This document shows positions 13,860-27,080 of a stretch of 64,000 nucleotides of DNA, piece after piece. Made by a program: the position numbers and the translations under genes. The stretch is taken from contig NC_045697.1 of NCBI RefSeq assembly GCF_009834535.1, positions 99,946,001 through 100,010,000 of the forward strand, read 5' to 3'. The notes under the pieces were generated by a model, which had not been told where the DNA came from, did no database searches, and saw only the letters and a program-made list of their open reading frames with translations. The DNA is from Camelus ferus (lineage: Eukaryota). Numbering within the stretch: the stretch's first letter is position 1; the number at the start of each line of letters is the position of its first letter.

Positions 13860-13980
13860 TTTTCCATGACTTACTTGTGCTCACCGGGGCCCGGAGCCAC
13901 GCTTAACTACAGACACGGATTCTCACAGCAATCCTATAAGCAGGCCAATTACAGTCCTCTTGTTTATGAGGAAACTGAAG
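13860..13980 (-). mobile_element. MIR fragment
   Basis: ctcacagcaatcctataag...tgaggaaactgaag is the reverse-strand MIR core. Confidence 0.6.
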
Positions 13981-14144
13981 TTTTCACATTCTATGAAATC
14001 AAATTCAGACTCTTCTGTCTCCAAAATGTATGCTGTTCGTTGCTACACTTCCACCCCCTGACCTATTTTAGAAGTGCGGTTAAGTACACCTGGGGGATAC
14101 ATGATATGAAGTAATAAGGAGCCTGATTATCAGGGAGACAACAT

Positions 14145-14393
14145 CACTTAATGGTTCAGACCACAGACTTGGATGTCAAAAGAGTACACATGGTTTCAAA
14201 TCCCTACCACGCCACATATTAGCTTTGTGACCATGGAAAAGTGACTTAACCTCACTGTGTTTCAGATTCCTCATCCGTAAATGTAGGTAGCAACACCTAC
14301 CACGTTGGTTTGTGCTGGAGATTAAGGAAGACAATACATGTAAAGTCCTTAGCACAGGTCTAGAATATACAAAGCACTAAACAAACAGTAACT
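14145..14393 (+). mobile_element. MIR, near full length
   Basis: ttcaaatccc...tgtgaccatggaaaagtgacttaacctcactgtgtttcagattcctcatccgtaaatg...gtaaagtccttagcacagg matches the MIR core and tail. Confidence 0.8.
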
Positions 14394-16693
14394 TTTGCTA
14401 TGACCGCCACAAGTAACAGAACACAAACGTCTCTTCTTGAAATGTGATGCAGAAGATACTTCTAACTTCTGATGTCAGAGCACTAAGAAACTGGCTGCTT
14501 AACTGTTGTCTCATCATCATACATTCAGCGCAGATCTCTCCGGCCCTGACACTGTTACATTTGGATTGCAAAGTGTACGTACAATTGAAGTAAAGCAGGC
14601 CTAGAACAACTCTTTGTGCAACTATTATAAGCTGCTTACATAGCTCTGCTTGTGATCTCTTACAGGTCATAACAGTACGTTCATAGCTTTATAATCACTC
14701 TGAGAAAAGAGAGGCCCAGGTAACTCATCCAGACTTAGCAGTAAGAATTAGTGGTTGGTGTTGTCAGTTTGCTTATTTTACTTAAAATGCCAAGGTCCTC
14801 ACCAACTCTGACGGGCAGAACATAAATGGCTCTATTTCTGGAGGACAAACAGGCTCATGATCCTAAAAGCCTTACATACATGCATATTCTTGGACTCAGC
14901 ATATGTACTCCTATAAATTTACCCTAAGGTGATAATTAAAGGAATGTGGAAATATTTTATTCAGAGGATAATCACTATGGTTTTTCAAAATTCAGTTAAT
15001 ATTAGAGAGAAAAACCCTAGATTTTCTGAATAGTTAGATAAATTACATTTGATACACAATAAAATACTATTTACCTATTAAAACTGACATTATAGGCATA
15101 CATTTTATTGACATAGAAAGTCTATACACATATATGCATACACACACAAATACATATATATGTGTATGTACAGACACACAGACATACACATATATGTAAA
15201 GTCTGGAAGGTAAAGATTTTTAAAGTGTTATTACTGTCTTAAATATTTTATTCTCTTTGCTTAACTATATTTTCTAATTTCCTGCAATGAACATGTTTTG
15301 CTTACTGAAAAAAAAGCCAAGTTTTTTTTTTTTTAAGCTGCTAGGTTCCCAACAAAACAGGAATAGTTCCTGAGGTATACAGACCAAGAAAGGATGAAAA
15401 AAAACTGACCAACTTCCACATTACGTGTGTCTCATGTGGAAGGCAACTAAATTACCCAACATTTTGCATCTAGTGTAAATAAACAGCAGAAGCAGCAACA
15501 ACTGGCAATCTTTAATTAAACTCTGGGTCTTACCAGCTTCTGACTAAAAGAATGTTTAATCATAAAAGCCAGTGTGATGCCACTGAAAAAGGACTGGGCG
15601 GGGAGCAGGGGTGGCCTGGGACCTTGATCTCAGCTCTACTTAACTAGCTGTAGCCAGCCATGTGAACTTGGGCAGTCCACTGTGCCTCTGCATCCTATCA
15701 AAACCAGAGTGCTGGACAAGAAGGGCAAATCTATCTCTCAGTTCCAAAAATGAATGACCATCTAGGCCCAGATGAGATTCTAAGACGGTGAAGAAAAAGG
15801 AAAGGAAATCAGAGGGCAATGAAATCAGGGCAGGGTTCAGGGCCATGTTATCAGCGAGGTGGCCATCAGGCACATACCCTCCACCTCATTTCCATTATCA
15901 GTCCTGTTGGAAGGTCCCATGTATCCAGAGGGAACCGTCAACATCTTTCTGATGGTAACTCTTCTCCTCTGCTGTCCCAGAGCTCTTCAAGCAGTGTCCG
16001 TGGAATTCTCTGCATTCCTAAGAGTCCACGTTCTCATGAGGCTGTATAGGCCTTCTTACTGTTCGTACCTTCTAGTTCTTCTCCTGGGGGGAGCCAAATG
16101 CACCGCCTTCTACTCAGGCCCCCTGAAGGTCGAGGAGGGCGGAGGACTGGGCTCTCTTACTTCTGGGGCACCAAGTCCACAACTCCAGCTGCTGGGGGAG
16201 CACCTGCAGCTGTTTAGTGCCCTAGTGGGGGCACAGGTGTAAAACAGTCAGTTACTGGTGGGAGGGAGGCCGACCTGGCAGAGCATAACTGGGGCAACGA
16301 AGCCAGTCGGGCCGGTTCCCGCGGTGCTGCTTCCTTTGTGCTCTTAGCGGCGCAAACAGCACTGAGCAAACCGCTGAACAAAGTGCAGCTCAGAAGGCTG
16401 GAATCGATGGCTCAACAGTATATCAGCCAAAGAGAACAGTGGCTTCATTTTGGGTAGCAGTGAAAGAGTCATCTGTCAGACAGAGTTTTGGCTCCCCTTC
16501 CCAATGAAAGGTCTCAGTGCCAAAGAAACATAAAAAGTCAATTTCTTCAAACCAACTGCATACAGACTGATAGAGGAAGATAATAAAAAAAGCAGCATAT
16601 GAAAATAATGTTTCACCAAATAACTCTTGCTTTTTACCCCCTCTTCTTTCCATATGCTTCATACTGCCAAGGGCTGGGTGATTACTATACGGG

Positions 16694-16730
16694 CATACAC
16701 ACACACATACACACACACACACACACACAC
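16694..16730. repeat. (CA)n microsatellite at the 5' edge of an L1 fragment
   Basis: Imperfect CA run, probably expanded from the L1 'tatacaca' motif that precedes 'atggaatactac'. Confidence 0.9.
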
Positions 16731-17202
16731 TATGAAATACTACTTGGCCATAAAAAAGAATGAAATAATGTCATTTGCAGCAACATGGATGGACCTGAAT
16801 TCATACTAAGTGAAGTAAGCCAGACAGAGAAAGACAAATATCATACAATACCACTTATTATGTGGGGCCCAAAAAAATGATATAAATGAACTTATTTACA
16901 AAACAGGAACAGACTCACAGACATAGAAAACAAACAAGGTTACTAGAAGGGGAACGGGAGAGGGGGTGGAAGGATAAACTGGGAGTTTAGGATTTGCTGA
17001 TACTAACCATTATATATAAAATAGATAAACAACAAGATCCTAAAGTACAGCACAGGGAACTGTATTCAATAACTTGTAATAGCCTATGATGAAAAAGAAT
17101 ATGAAAAGGAATATACATATATGTATAACTGAAACACTATGCTGTACACCAGAAGTTAACACATTGTTAACTGACTATACTTTAATTCAAACAAACAAAA
17201 AA
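16731..17202 (+). mobile_element. 5'-truncated lineage-specific L1 (ORF2 end plus 3' UTR)
   Basis: Encodes YYLAIKKNEIMSFAATWMDL (L1 ORF2 C-terminus). Cetartiodactyl 3' UTR motifs (tacagcacagggaact; actgactatac) and A-rich tail. Confidence 0.9.
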
Positions 17203-19044
17203 CTAGGTCCTGCCTGGCTCCAAGTGGCACAAGTCTAAAGCCATCGTATGATCAGGATTCACCACTACGATGACTGCTCTCGTGCAGACAGTGACCTAGG
17301 TGAAGATGTTGATGGTGGATGCGCCCTTTAGTTATATTTACACATATCAAAGATTCACAAGGCACATGGCACAAAGCAAAGGTTTTTGCGATCCTGTGGA
17401 TTCTAACAGGGAAGTGAATTAGACTTTCAATTTTCTGCTGAAGCTTCTCTTATAGCAAAGATTCCTGAAATTAGAGCACATTAAAAAGCTCTTGGTGTGG
17501 TGTCCCACCAAATACCAACTCTGTAGCTGTAACTACATTAGCATTAGAATTACAAACCTAAAAGATCAGCATAGCCAAGAAATCTTTCTAAGGTAGCAGC
17601 TTCCGCTCTTAAAATCTTCTCAGGAAAGAGAGCCAGCCATTTGGGTTTTTAAAGGGAAATCGATAAGAAGGAACAACTAACGGGTGAGTGGGACTTTTGC
17701 AGTGGTTGTCACTTCCGTGGAGTCTTCCACGAGGCAATTCTGGAGCTGTCTCTGCGTGTAATCAATATATACAAAAGCTACAACCGGTCTGGGTTTATTA
17801 TAAAGAGATCATGCCGTTGTGACAGGCATTACTTACTGGGAAAAGGGAAGTGCATCTCTTTGAGGTATAAATGATGGCATCGGCATTTGCCGCCCAGTGT
17901 CCCGCCAGCCTTGGCTTGGCAAACTATTCAGGAATAACTCAGCTTTGTAACTCTGGGCTCTTTCCCACAGGACCCTTCAGAGGAGCCTCTGCTTCGCAGG
18001 ATGGCAAAGCCTCAGAAACAGACAGAGGAGGAGTGATGTCGGGCAACAGGGGAGAAAAGAAGAGAGGGCTGAGGAGCAGGAAGTCACAGATGGGAGCCAG
18101 CTCCTCGCAGCTCGGGAAATGGCGCCCTGACCTGGGCAGGCCAGGAGACCCGAGGGCGCTGAGGCGCTCCAGGCTCCCCAGGTTCTCAGAAGCCTCCGGG
18201 CACAAGTGCGGAAGTGCTGGACAGCGAGGGAGGAGTGTCAAACCCTGCTTAAGTCCAGGGGTTCTAGTGCTCCTGCCTGATTTCTAATTTCCTCTCTCTT
18301 TCTTCACTTGCTGGCTACAACGTCTATTTTAACACCATTCTACATTGTTTTCCAACTAAAGGTGACACTTTCCCCGCCAACTACCACAGGGCGCTTCCCT
18401 TCTACAGTAGCTATGCGGTGGTGTTTCCCTTCATGCCGGATGAATGGCACAGAAGGCCAGAACGCTGTCTTACCCAGCCTGGGTTACACTGATCAGTCTG
18501 TCTTCCTCAGGGTCCCAGCCCCCTCTCCCTTGATCCGTCATCCCCTTCCTCTCGCTTTAATCCCCATCCTTTACTCCTAGGTGGTTTCCTCAGTGCCCGG
18601 ACTCCCAATACCACTCCTTCATTCACCACAATGCATAAATGCTGAGATGTGTCACCGTTTCTCATGGGGCTGTTTGCATCTTAACCAGAAGAACTTTCAA
18701 AGGACACAACTACAGTGTTAGAATTTCAGGTGCTGCTAAATCCTTGAGAGTGCATGGCTAGGGCTCCGGAGCTTTCCGGCAGCCTGAAGTCACTCCCAGA
18801 TAATTTCCCCCTATCCCTGCAAAAGGCTGGTCAAGACTCCAGTATTCAGTTGGGAGCCCCTCCATCCACTGGCACTTACTCACCCTGGGCTAAAACTGAG
18901 TATTTCCTGGTATCCTCAAGAGCAGAAGCTGGATCTAATTATCTTTACATCCTTAGATCTCTACACTGCACTTCCTACCAAGCAGAGATCAATTTAAAAC
19001 CTGAACAAAGTCAACTGAAAGGGCCCTCAATGGCGAAACCGGGA

Positions 19045-19848
19045 ACAATTTATGTAACAAAATAAAGGAAATAGTATTGGATTATAACCCAGAGTATAGA
19101 GTAAGTATTCATAAGTCCCTGGTGACAAAAATAATTGAATAAATTAGAACTCCCCACTCTGTAAGTGTGGGCTGTGCACAGTGGCTTCCTTCCAAGGAGG
19201 ACAGTGTGGAAAGGGGAAGGAAAAGAGTAACGTGACAACGGAGAAATCTGGAAAACACTCCTTCAGCTGGGTGATCAGGGACATCGTCAGACACAAGGCA
19301 GCTTGATAGTAAGTGCCCTCACTTGACACGATATGACGAAAACAACACTTTATCGCTGTGATCTCCCTCACAAAAATCTATCACCCCAGCCTAGTCATGA
19401 GAGAAACATCAGACAAATTTCAACAGAGGGGCATTCTGCAATACACCTGACCGTTGTCCTTCAAAACAGGCAGGGTCCTCAAAAACAAGGCAAGTCTGAG
19501 TGACTTCCACAGCCAAAAGGGAGACTAAAGAGCTGTATCAACTAAATACAGAATAGTATACTGGCTGGGATCCTGGACCAGGAAAAGGGTATCAGGTGAA
19601 ACTTTAGGAAATCTAAATAAACTGTGGATTCTGTTTAGTAATAGAGCATCCACGTGGATTTACCAATTGGCACAAATGTTCCACACTACGATGTTCGTTG
19701 CAGGGGAAAATTGTATATGTGGAGGGCATATGGGAGCTCTCTCAACTATCTGTTCAATTTTCCTGTAAATCCAAAACTGTTCTAAGAAAATAAAACCTAT
19801 TAATTAAAAAACAAAAATCAAAAGAGGGTTAAAAAAAAAAAAAAAAAA
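19045..19848 (+). mobile_element. L1MC-like 3' UTR with poly-A
   Basis: Motifs ctagtcatgagagaaacatcagacaaat, ggatcctggaccaggaaaagg and ttttcctgtaaatccaaaactgttctaagaaaataaa are typical of L1MC 3' ends. Confidence 0.75.
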
Positions 19849-20059
19849 GACAGTGTTCAGTGACCTTGCTCTTCCTATGGTTATTTGCAAACAAATAACT
19901 AAAAAGTATCCGAGCCATTTCACGCTCACAGTTCTAGTGACCCAGTAACAGCGTGGGCATTTGTCACCATCTTACACACAGCACCCTGGTACAGACTGTC
20001 ATCAGGAGAAATAAACAACCCCACTCAGCTGGAGGGACCGTACTAGGACATGGAAGCAT

Positions 20060-20398
20060 TCCCTGGTACACCCAGGATTCCACGTGTCCCTCTTCACCTC
20101 CCAAATTCCCCTAAGACAGGCTGGGGCCACGTGACTAGTTCTAGCCAGTGGAGTGTGAGTGGAAGTGGTGACACTTCTGGGCCCAGCAAGTTAAACACAG
20201 GTGTGTCAGCACCTCCCACTTTTGCCTTGTAAGTGGACCTTGGAGGCTTTGTGTTCTACGGGGTGGCACTACAGGTGCAGGTGGCCACAGGATCTGAACA
20301 AGACTTCAGCAGAGTGAGAAAGAAATTTTCTTGTGTTAAGCCATTGAGATTTAGGGTTCATCTGTTGCAACGGCTATGGTCACTGACCCTGTAATACC
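20060..20398 (+). mobile_element. MaLR LTR (MLT1-like), ending about 90 bp from the exon 2 donor
   Basis: ggggccacgtgactagttctagccagtggagtgtgagtggaagtg and gagtgagaaagaaattttcttgtgttaagccattgagatttaggg are MLT1 hallmarks. Confidence 0.75.
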
Positions 20399-20490
20399 AG
20401 GTGATTGCGTTCTGCAAATAAATGTTCCTTCCCTTCAGACAGAAAGTCACGAATCCTAATGTTTGCCGTATTTCCAAATACCGTACTTAC

Positions 20491-20601
20491 CACAGGCGAT
20501 GGTCCAATAGACCAGAGAGTCTGGAGTCTGGTACAGGATTCGGTAAGGAGCCACCCGGGCACTGGAGTCCAGCACGACGTCAAGGGTACCCACCAGGAGG
20601 C
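20491..20601 (-). CDS. TBC1D9: TBC1D9 coding exon 2 (111 nt, phase 1 to 1)
   Basis: Translates (G)[36 protein letters not shown]. Pyrimidine-rich acceptor ...ctttctctgccctcAG at 20602-20603; donor GTAAGT from 20490. Confidence 0.98.
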
Positions 20602-21649
20602 CTGAGGGCAGAGAAAGGGGGAGAAGTGTGTAAGCGTTTCCTCCAAATTCCCAGAGGCAGCAGTGCGGACGAGCCCTTCTGCTGGGCCTCCCCACCACCC
20701 CCTCCCCCCGCATTCCACCTTGACAAAGCTTGACCCTCTCAGACACGATGACGTCGGCTCTACTCTACATTACTCGTTTCATCAACCTCCAAGATACAGT
20801 GCACAAACAGAAAGACAGTGCTGGTTTCAAAAACAAAACCAGCAAAGCTTCTAGCTCAGTCTGGCATATGGTAGTATTTATAAACGCCTGTTTCAAATTA
20901 AAAAGCAAGGTATTAAGACTGATACGTGGGGATCTCTGCTTTACCTCCATTACGTCCAGTGTGTATGATTTTCTCACCCTTTTCATCCAAGAAACCAATC
21001 CTTAATGTGAGTAACTTGCCAAGGCCGTGGGAACCAGTCATGTACATGAGTCTGTGTGCCAGGCTGCCCCAGGTATTATTTTCATGTGCCTCACTTTTCT
21101 TTTGTATTGAAAAGGTACAGTTCCGCTCAGCAAATAAGAAATGCCTACTATGCGCCAGGCAAACCCTGTGGGCCTGAAGCTGAATAAAGCAGACCCCCTA
21201 AGGCATTTATAATCCAGCAGGGGAGAGGGCCAAGCAATGTTTCCAGGGCTGTGTTTAGGAAGGAACAGGGCTGTGAAATATGCATTTGCCCATCTCAACG
21301 TCAGAGTCCCCTGCCATTTGTCACATCAATCATTATAAACAGAGATGACTGGAGCCTGGTCTACACTCTGCAAAGATGCAGTAATTATGCTGAGGACCAG
21401 GAAAGGGACTGTGGTAGCAAGATGTTGAGTTCTCTGGATCAGGAGGCTCAACAATCTGGCCAGGACCTGGGGGAAACTCGTTCATATCATCCACGTTAAG
21501 GCAAGCCTGTACACTCCAGAAGTGAACTTAGCAATTGATTTGTAAGAAATACAAATGCCCAGCGTACCGATGCTCACTTAAGAAGAGGCAGTGCCTTCTC
21601 TTGCCTGGATTAGATACCAAACATTTTCTACACTATTCCAGACTATCAT

Positions 21650-21651
<2 letters not shown>

Positions 21652-21686
<35 letters not shown>
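21652..21686. repeat. (CA)n microsatellite, about 17 units
   Basis: Perfect AC run. Confidence 0.95.
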
Positions 21687-21688
<2 letters not shown>

Positions 21689-21988
21689 TTCCACAAGGTC
21701 AAATAAACTACATTCCTTCCTTGGCAGAATGAATCCAAAAGATTGCTATCAAGTAAATGCCCATAATTACTCTAAAGTCAGATGGAACCCAGCATAGAGC
21801 AGGGTTTGGACTCAGAAGGACCAATTAGGAACTGTGATTAGCTGAAGCATCTTAGGACATTTATTTCCCATGCCTTTGTGTTCTGACAATGATATGACAA
21901 TTAGAGTTTTGTTCTTAAAGGCTGAATACAACGGGACTTAGGGGCAAGAGGCTGGTTGGAATAAGGGGTTAGTCAAACTACCCAGCAC

Positions 21989-22476
21989 TGCGATAGGGGA
22001 GAACAAATCTGACTCCATATTGGATCTGTTTCTTTTACTTTAAGAATACTTTGTATTCTGTTGCTTTTGCTACAAATTAATCAGTAAAGGGATGCTGCCA
22101 GTAGCTTAAAGTATACATAACGGCCCATCCCCTGGAACCCTGCCTCCCAGGCCTGAGCCTATGCTAAAACACCTTTGTTTAGATCACAGAAAACCTCCTG
22201 ACCACGGCTACTTGTGAATGGCTGCAGGAAAGAAGAAATGAACACATCCCCTCTGGAGTCAGGGGACAGGAAATACTTGCAACAACTTACTGCCTTTTTT
22301 ACTTTACCTCCTCACCTCCCCTTCTTTTTTCTATAAAAACTAGCATCCAAACCTGGGCAAGATGGTTCTTTAATCCACCTCTTCTCAGACTGCTGGCGTT
22401 CTGAACAAAGCTGTGATCCCTTACCCCAACAACTGGTCTCTTGGCTGACTGGCCTATCAGGTGGCGAGCAGTACCA
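21989..22476 (+). mobile_element. ERV1-class solo LTR (MER41-like)
   Basis: Starts TG; gagaacaaatctgactccatattggatctg at the 5' end; TATA-like ctataaaaa; 3' ggcctatcaggtggcgagcagtac resembles MER41-family U5. Confidence 0.6.
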
Positions 22477-25400
22477 AGACATGCCTTTATTTAGTGTGAC
22501 TTTGACTTAGAGTGCATGTTTATTAAGGATGGCTTTGGGATGGAGCTGACGGTGGTTGAGGCTGGGACGGGGGTGGTAAAGGCCCCCAGCCTCCCCTGCT
22601 CTGCCAATTGGAAATAACTAGCTCACTGGAAGCACCAAGCCCAGGGCCTGGCCCCCAGCAGGCTTCTCACAAAGTTCCGCTGAGTCTGAACCACAGGTTC
22701 TTCTGAAACTGTCACCACCAGTCTCTCTTGGGGTGTTGTCTTATTACAATGTCTGGAGGCTTGTTCTGACGCTACTGAGTAACACACGATACCATCGAAA
22801 TGCCCTTCCTTCTGCTCTGTCAGCCTGGAGTCGTGAAGAGCAGTGGACAGTCAACCAGTGTTCAGAAGAGCTCCGTTCTGGCTCTGACTCTGCTGTGACC
22901 AGGTCCGGGGCACATGGACATGCCATTTAACTTCTCTGCCTTTCATTTCCTCTGTTGTAAAGTGGCTGTAATATACCTGCCTTCCTGAACCAGGGGTATT
23001 AATCAAGGAGCCTAAGGGAGCTTAACATGAGGAAGCCCTACAGTTGTCCTCCTGGTCTGTGTCTAAGGCCAGGAATCCATTTAGGTTCATTCCAAACCGC
23101 CGTGACCATTAGCTGCCCTGCCCACATCAGGAAAAACAAACTTCCATTAAAGTGGAAATGAATTTGTGTGTTTGCTCCGGCCTGTGTGAAACACATCAGA
23201 AATCAGATCTTTGGCGCCTGCAGAGTTTCCCAAGGGGTAGTTTTCCACATAACGCCACACACACGTGCATTTTTGCTTTCTCAACTGTGACTCAGGTTTA
23301 CTGCAAAGACCTCTAATTACTCTTTAATTATCTGCAGATGGAGGAGGATATTAATAGGAAAAGCAAGAGTGCCCACTAAACTGGATCCTCTTCTATGTGA
23401 TCTAGAAGTACAAATACATGTGAACCAGAAATATAAATGCATCACTCATAATAAAACTTCTGTCTCCTTGAATCAAAATACTGGAAGTGTCACGCATGTT
23501 GTTTCTAAGGCATACAGACTTCAGCCTGGAATTAGGAGCTGCAGTCGAGGACTAGCCCGTGTGGTTTAATGAGCCACAGAAAGAGCGTCATGGCAGATAA
23601 AGACCCTTCCGAGGGAAGGCACAGCTCCCTGGGCAGAGCAGCTGACAGAGGCGGTCTGGGTTCGAGCGTCCTCCAGTCCTAGCTCTGCCACTGCCCAACT
23701 CCCAGACCCAGTCTCTCCAAGCCTCAGTTTCCCCATGCTTAATGTCTCACTAGACTTCTCTACTCTCTAACACCAAGGAGAGAAAGCCTCTGAAAAGGTC
23801 CAACCCCATCCGCACATCTTGACCACCAGGAATGTCCCCAACTAAAATCCATCTCCAATATCTATTATTCTAGTTAACAAAACCTCCACTGTCACTCACA
23901 AGTAAAGAAAACTGAGTGGCTTCAGGAAGACTCCCCTGGGGTGAGAGCTTCTGATTAGACGCCAGTAACCAACCCTGAGTGTGCATTCACAACTGGAGCC
24001 ACCAACTTCCACTAACATTTAGAGGGACACTACCAGGTAGATTCGTATCTACCAGAGGGTCCCTACTGAAATATTTGTGAATTACAGACAGTATAATATT
24101 GCAATGCTCACATCAGGTGCACATAATATTATTTAAAAATGTGAAAGTCCTTTGAAAACTTAGGGCGCTGGATAGCCCAACAGAAAGTAATACTGTGAAC
24201 TGTGAACTGAGGCCCACAGCTGGCCAGCGAAAGCAATAAACAGACTCTGCTGCCTTAACCCAGAAGTGCCCTCTCGCTTTGTAACACTGACCAGGATCTT
24301 CCCTCCACTTCCCTCCAGTACTGTGCTGGTCCATCGGCTCTCACTTCCCACCACCTCCAGTGACAAACTCCTAATTACCTAACGCCGTCTCTTTCCAGCC
24401 CAGATCCCCTCCGAGTTTTGCTGCTGTGATACCTATTCTGTTATTTAAAACCACCTGCACATCACGCCGAGTTCCACTTCTCCTCTTTCCAGGCTGGGAG
24501 CTCCTTGATGGCAAGGCCTGGATGAATCCTTCGGACTCCTAGGTCCAATGTTTTGCTTGGAGCACAGGAAGCCCTGAACACATGTCTGGTGGCAAGAAAA
24601 GTTAGGTATTTTTTGAAAACCCATATGGTAAATTTATCACTGTCTAAACTCTATTGATACAAGGAGTCAAGACTCTGGAAAACAGAAACTCCTCTTACAC
24701 TCTCTGTCCACACAGAATACTAGAAGATGGGAAATTTAGCCTAGAGAATCCCCCAAAAGCAGCAGTCAGGATTTCCTTAGAAGTCTTACTACTCACCCCT
24801 CTGAAATGGCTGTCAAAACACTGAACCTTTCATCATTTCCCACACAAAGCACTGTTTCAGCAGCTGTTCTAGTCAGCTATTTCTGGTGTTAAACAATCTT
24901 TGATTGCCTGAGAAAACTGAATCAAATTATAGCCCTCAAAATAGCTCTTCTCTGCATCTACCTATTACATTAGTTCAGGGGCAGCTGGTAACATAAACGT
25001 GCTGTTTTCAAGGAGATTCAGAAAACACACGACGGAACTGGTACATTTAGGCGTCCCACCAGCTGTGGGCGCTAGGGGGTGTGTGATGCAGACAGTCATT
25101 TCCACTCCTGGGCAGCCCCTCACCCTTCTGGGGGCAAGGATGTGTCAGGGGAGTACAGGACATGCAGGAATGTGCCCATGACAATGATCAATCCATCTGC
25201 TGGTGATCTTGGAATAATGTAGTGTCAAAGGGGACAAGACCCTAAAGCTCACTCGACCTCCCTCTCTCCCCTCAGCCTTGCAGCAGTCAGATGAGGCTGA
25301 GCCCTACAGAGACCATGCCGGAGTGGTCTGGGAGGTGGGCTGTGTCCCGACATGGATGCTCTAATAGTACCCATTCAGAGAGCGCCTGGGATGTATTGAG

Positions 25401-25504
25401 CACTACTGTTTAATAAAATACTTCAAAACCACAGAAAATTACTGAAAATTACAAAATATACGTCCCACCACTCTGTCTTTAACACTTGGCCTTATCTACT
25501 TCAG

Positions 25505-26270
25505 ATCTGTTTTTTTTTTTTAACGAAAGAAAACATAACACAGACAGCAAAGGTCCCCTTAATGCCCCCCCTTAATCCTATTTCCCTCTCCATTCACCAT
25601 CCTCAAAGTTTTTATTCTTCCCATCCAGGTCCTTATATTTTTATTGCCCCCTATGTATGTACATGAAATACAGATTTAACACTGATGTATATTCTCAATT
25701 TTACATTAAGGATAAAGAGCAGATACTGTTCTGCAATTTATTTTTTTTTACTCAATAATATATTTATAAAACTTACCCAGGTTATACTTATAAATCTGAT
25801 TCATTCACTTCAAATAGTGTGTAATATTCCACTGTTTAAAATATACTGTAATGTATCCATTTCCTAATAAAGGACGTTTGGGTTTATCTCCTTTTTTTTT
25901 TTTTCTTTGCTATAATGGGCACTGCAATCAGTCTCTGTACTTGGTCTTTAAACATATGAGTACTTTTTTAGGATGAAATTGTTGGGTCACAGGGTAAGTA
26001 TATTTTGAAATCTTATTCCATATTACAAAACTGGTCTCCAAAGTGACTGTGCCAATTCACAATCGTACCAGGAAAGTGAGAGAATATGTTTATCCGTAAT
26101 TTCCGCAACCCTTAGTATTATCAGATTGTTTCATTTTCACCAGTCTCAAGGGTGAGAAACGATATCTATTTGTTGTTTAAATTTGCATTTTTCTGATTAT
26201 TAATGAGTTTGGGTATCTCTTCCAGCTTATCGGCCACTCCAATTTTCCATTCTGTGAGTTATTTGCCTTT
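25505..26270 (-). mobile_element. Old L1M (L1ME-like) 3' fragment, sense to TBC1D9
   Basis: T-rich reverse L1 motifs: ttgttgggtcacagggtaagtatatttt; tttaaatttgcatttttctgattattaatgag. Confidence 0.65.
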
Positions 26271-26689
26271 CCTCCGTACTGACATTTGCTGAGAGATCCA
26301 GGTCAGAAATTCAGAGTTCACTACTTAGAGACTTCCTAATATCCACGCTGGATTTTGATTCATTTCAGCAAATACACACTGATATTTCTAAAGCCAGAGG
26401 GGCTGTACACTTGGATTTACTTCGATATATTTATATTCTCTACAGATGCAAGACCTTGGGACCAGTATTTGCAATCCCTCTGCATCCCTCCCATGTAGGT
26501 TTTCTGTGGGTTGCAGGCTTCTACCTTGTCCTTCTGCCTGCGGCTGCCTTGATGTAAGTGGTACACCGCCTATTAGTCTCAGCCCTTATGTCTGCACATG
26601 ACGTTAGGCAGAAAGGCTTAAACAGTAACGTCCTGAAGCAGCCGCTGACAGATACACAAACTCCAGCCACACCATAATTTTTACACTTC

Positions 26690-27080
26690 TCTTAATAAAT
26701 CTTGCTTGTTTGTTTTTAAAGCCTTCAAGGCTTCACACAGCTGTTTTACTCCATCTGGAATGTCCTTTCTTTTCTCTTTCTGGCAAACATCTATTTCCCT
26801 CAATATCCAGGTGAAGTGTCACCTAAGGCATTTGTTTTGCTTTCTTCCAACACTCAACCCCCAAATCTCCTGGCAATTAACTGTCCCCTTGTCTGTGGTC
26901 TGCCAACCACCTTGCACATCATATTACTAAGGTAATTATCACATTGTTTCTTGCCCAGAAAAAAAGTCGGTTCTTCCTATCAGGCTGTGAGCTCCTTGAG
27001 GCAGGCACGGCCTTATTTATCTTGGAATTCCTGAAGCCTAGAATGATGTCCAGCACATCATGCTGAATGTTTATAAAATG
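26690..27080 (+). mobile_element. L2 3' end
   Basis: ctggaatgtcctttct...ggctgtgagctccttgaggcaggcacggccttatttatcttggaattcctgaagcctagaatgatgtccagcacat. Confidence 0.7.

Noticed and set aside
21989..22476. MER41-like LTR as an interferon-inducible enhancer, by analogy with primate MER41B
   Set aside because: I found no convincing consensus GAS (TTCC.GGAA-type) site in this copy.
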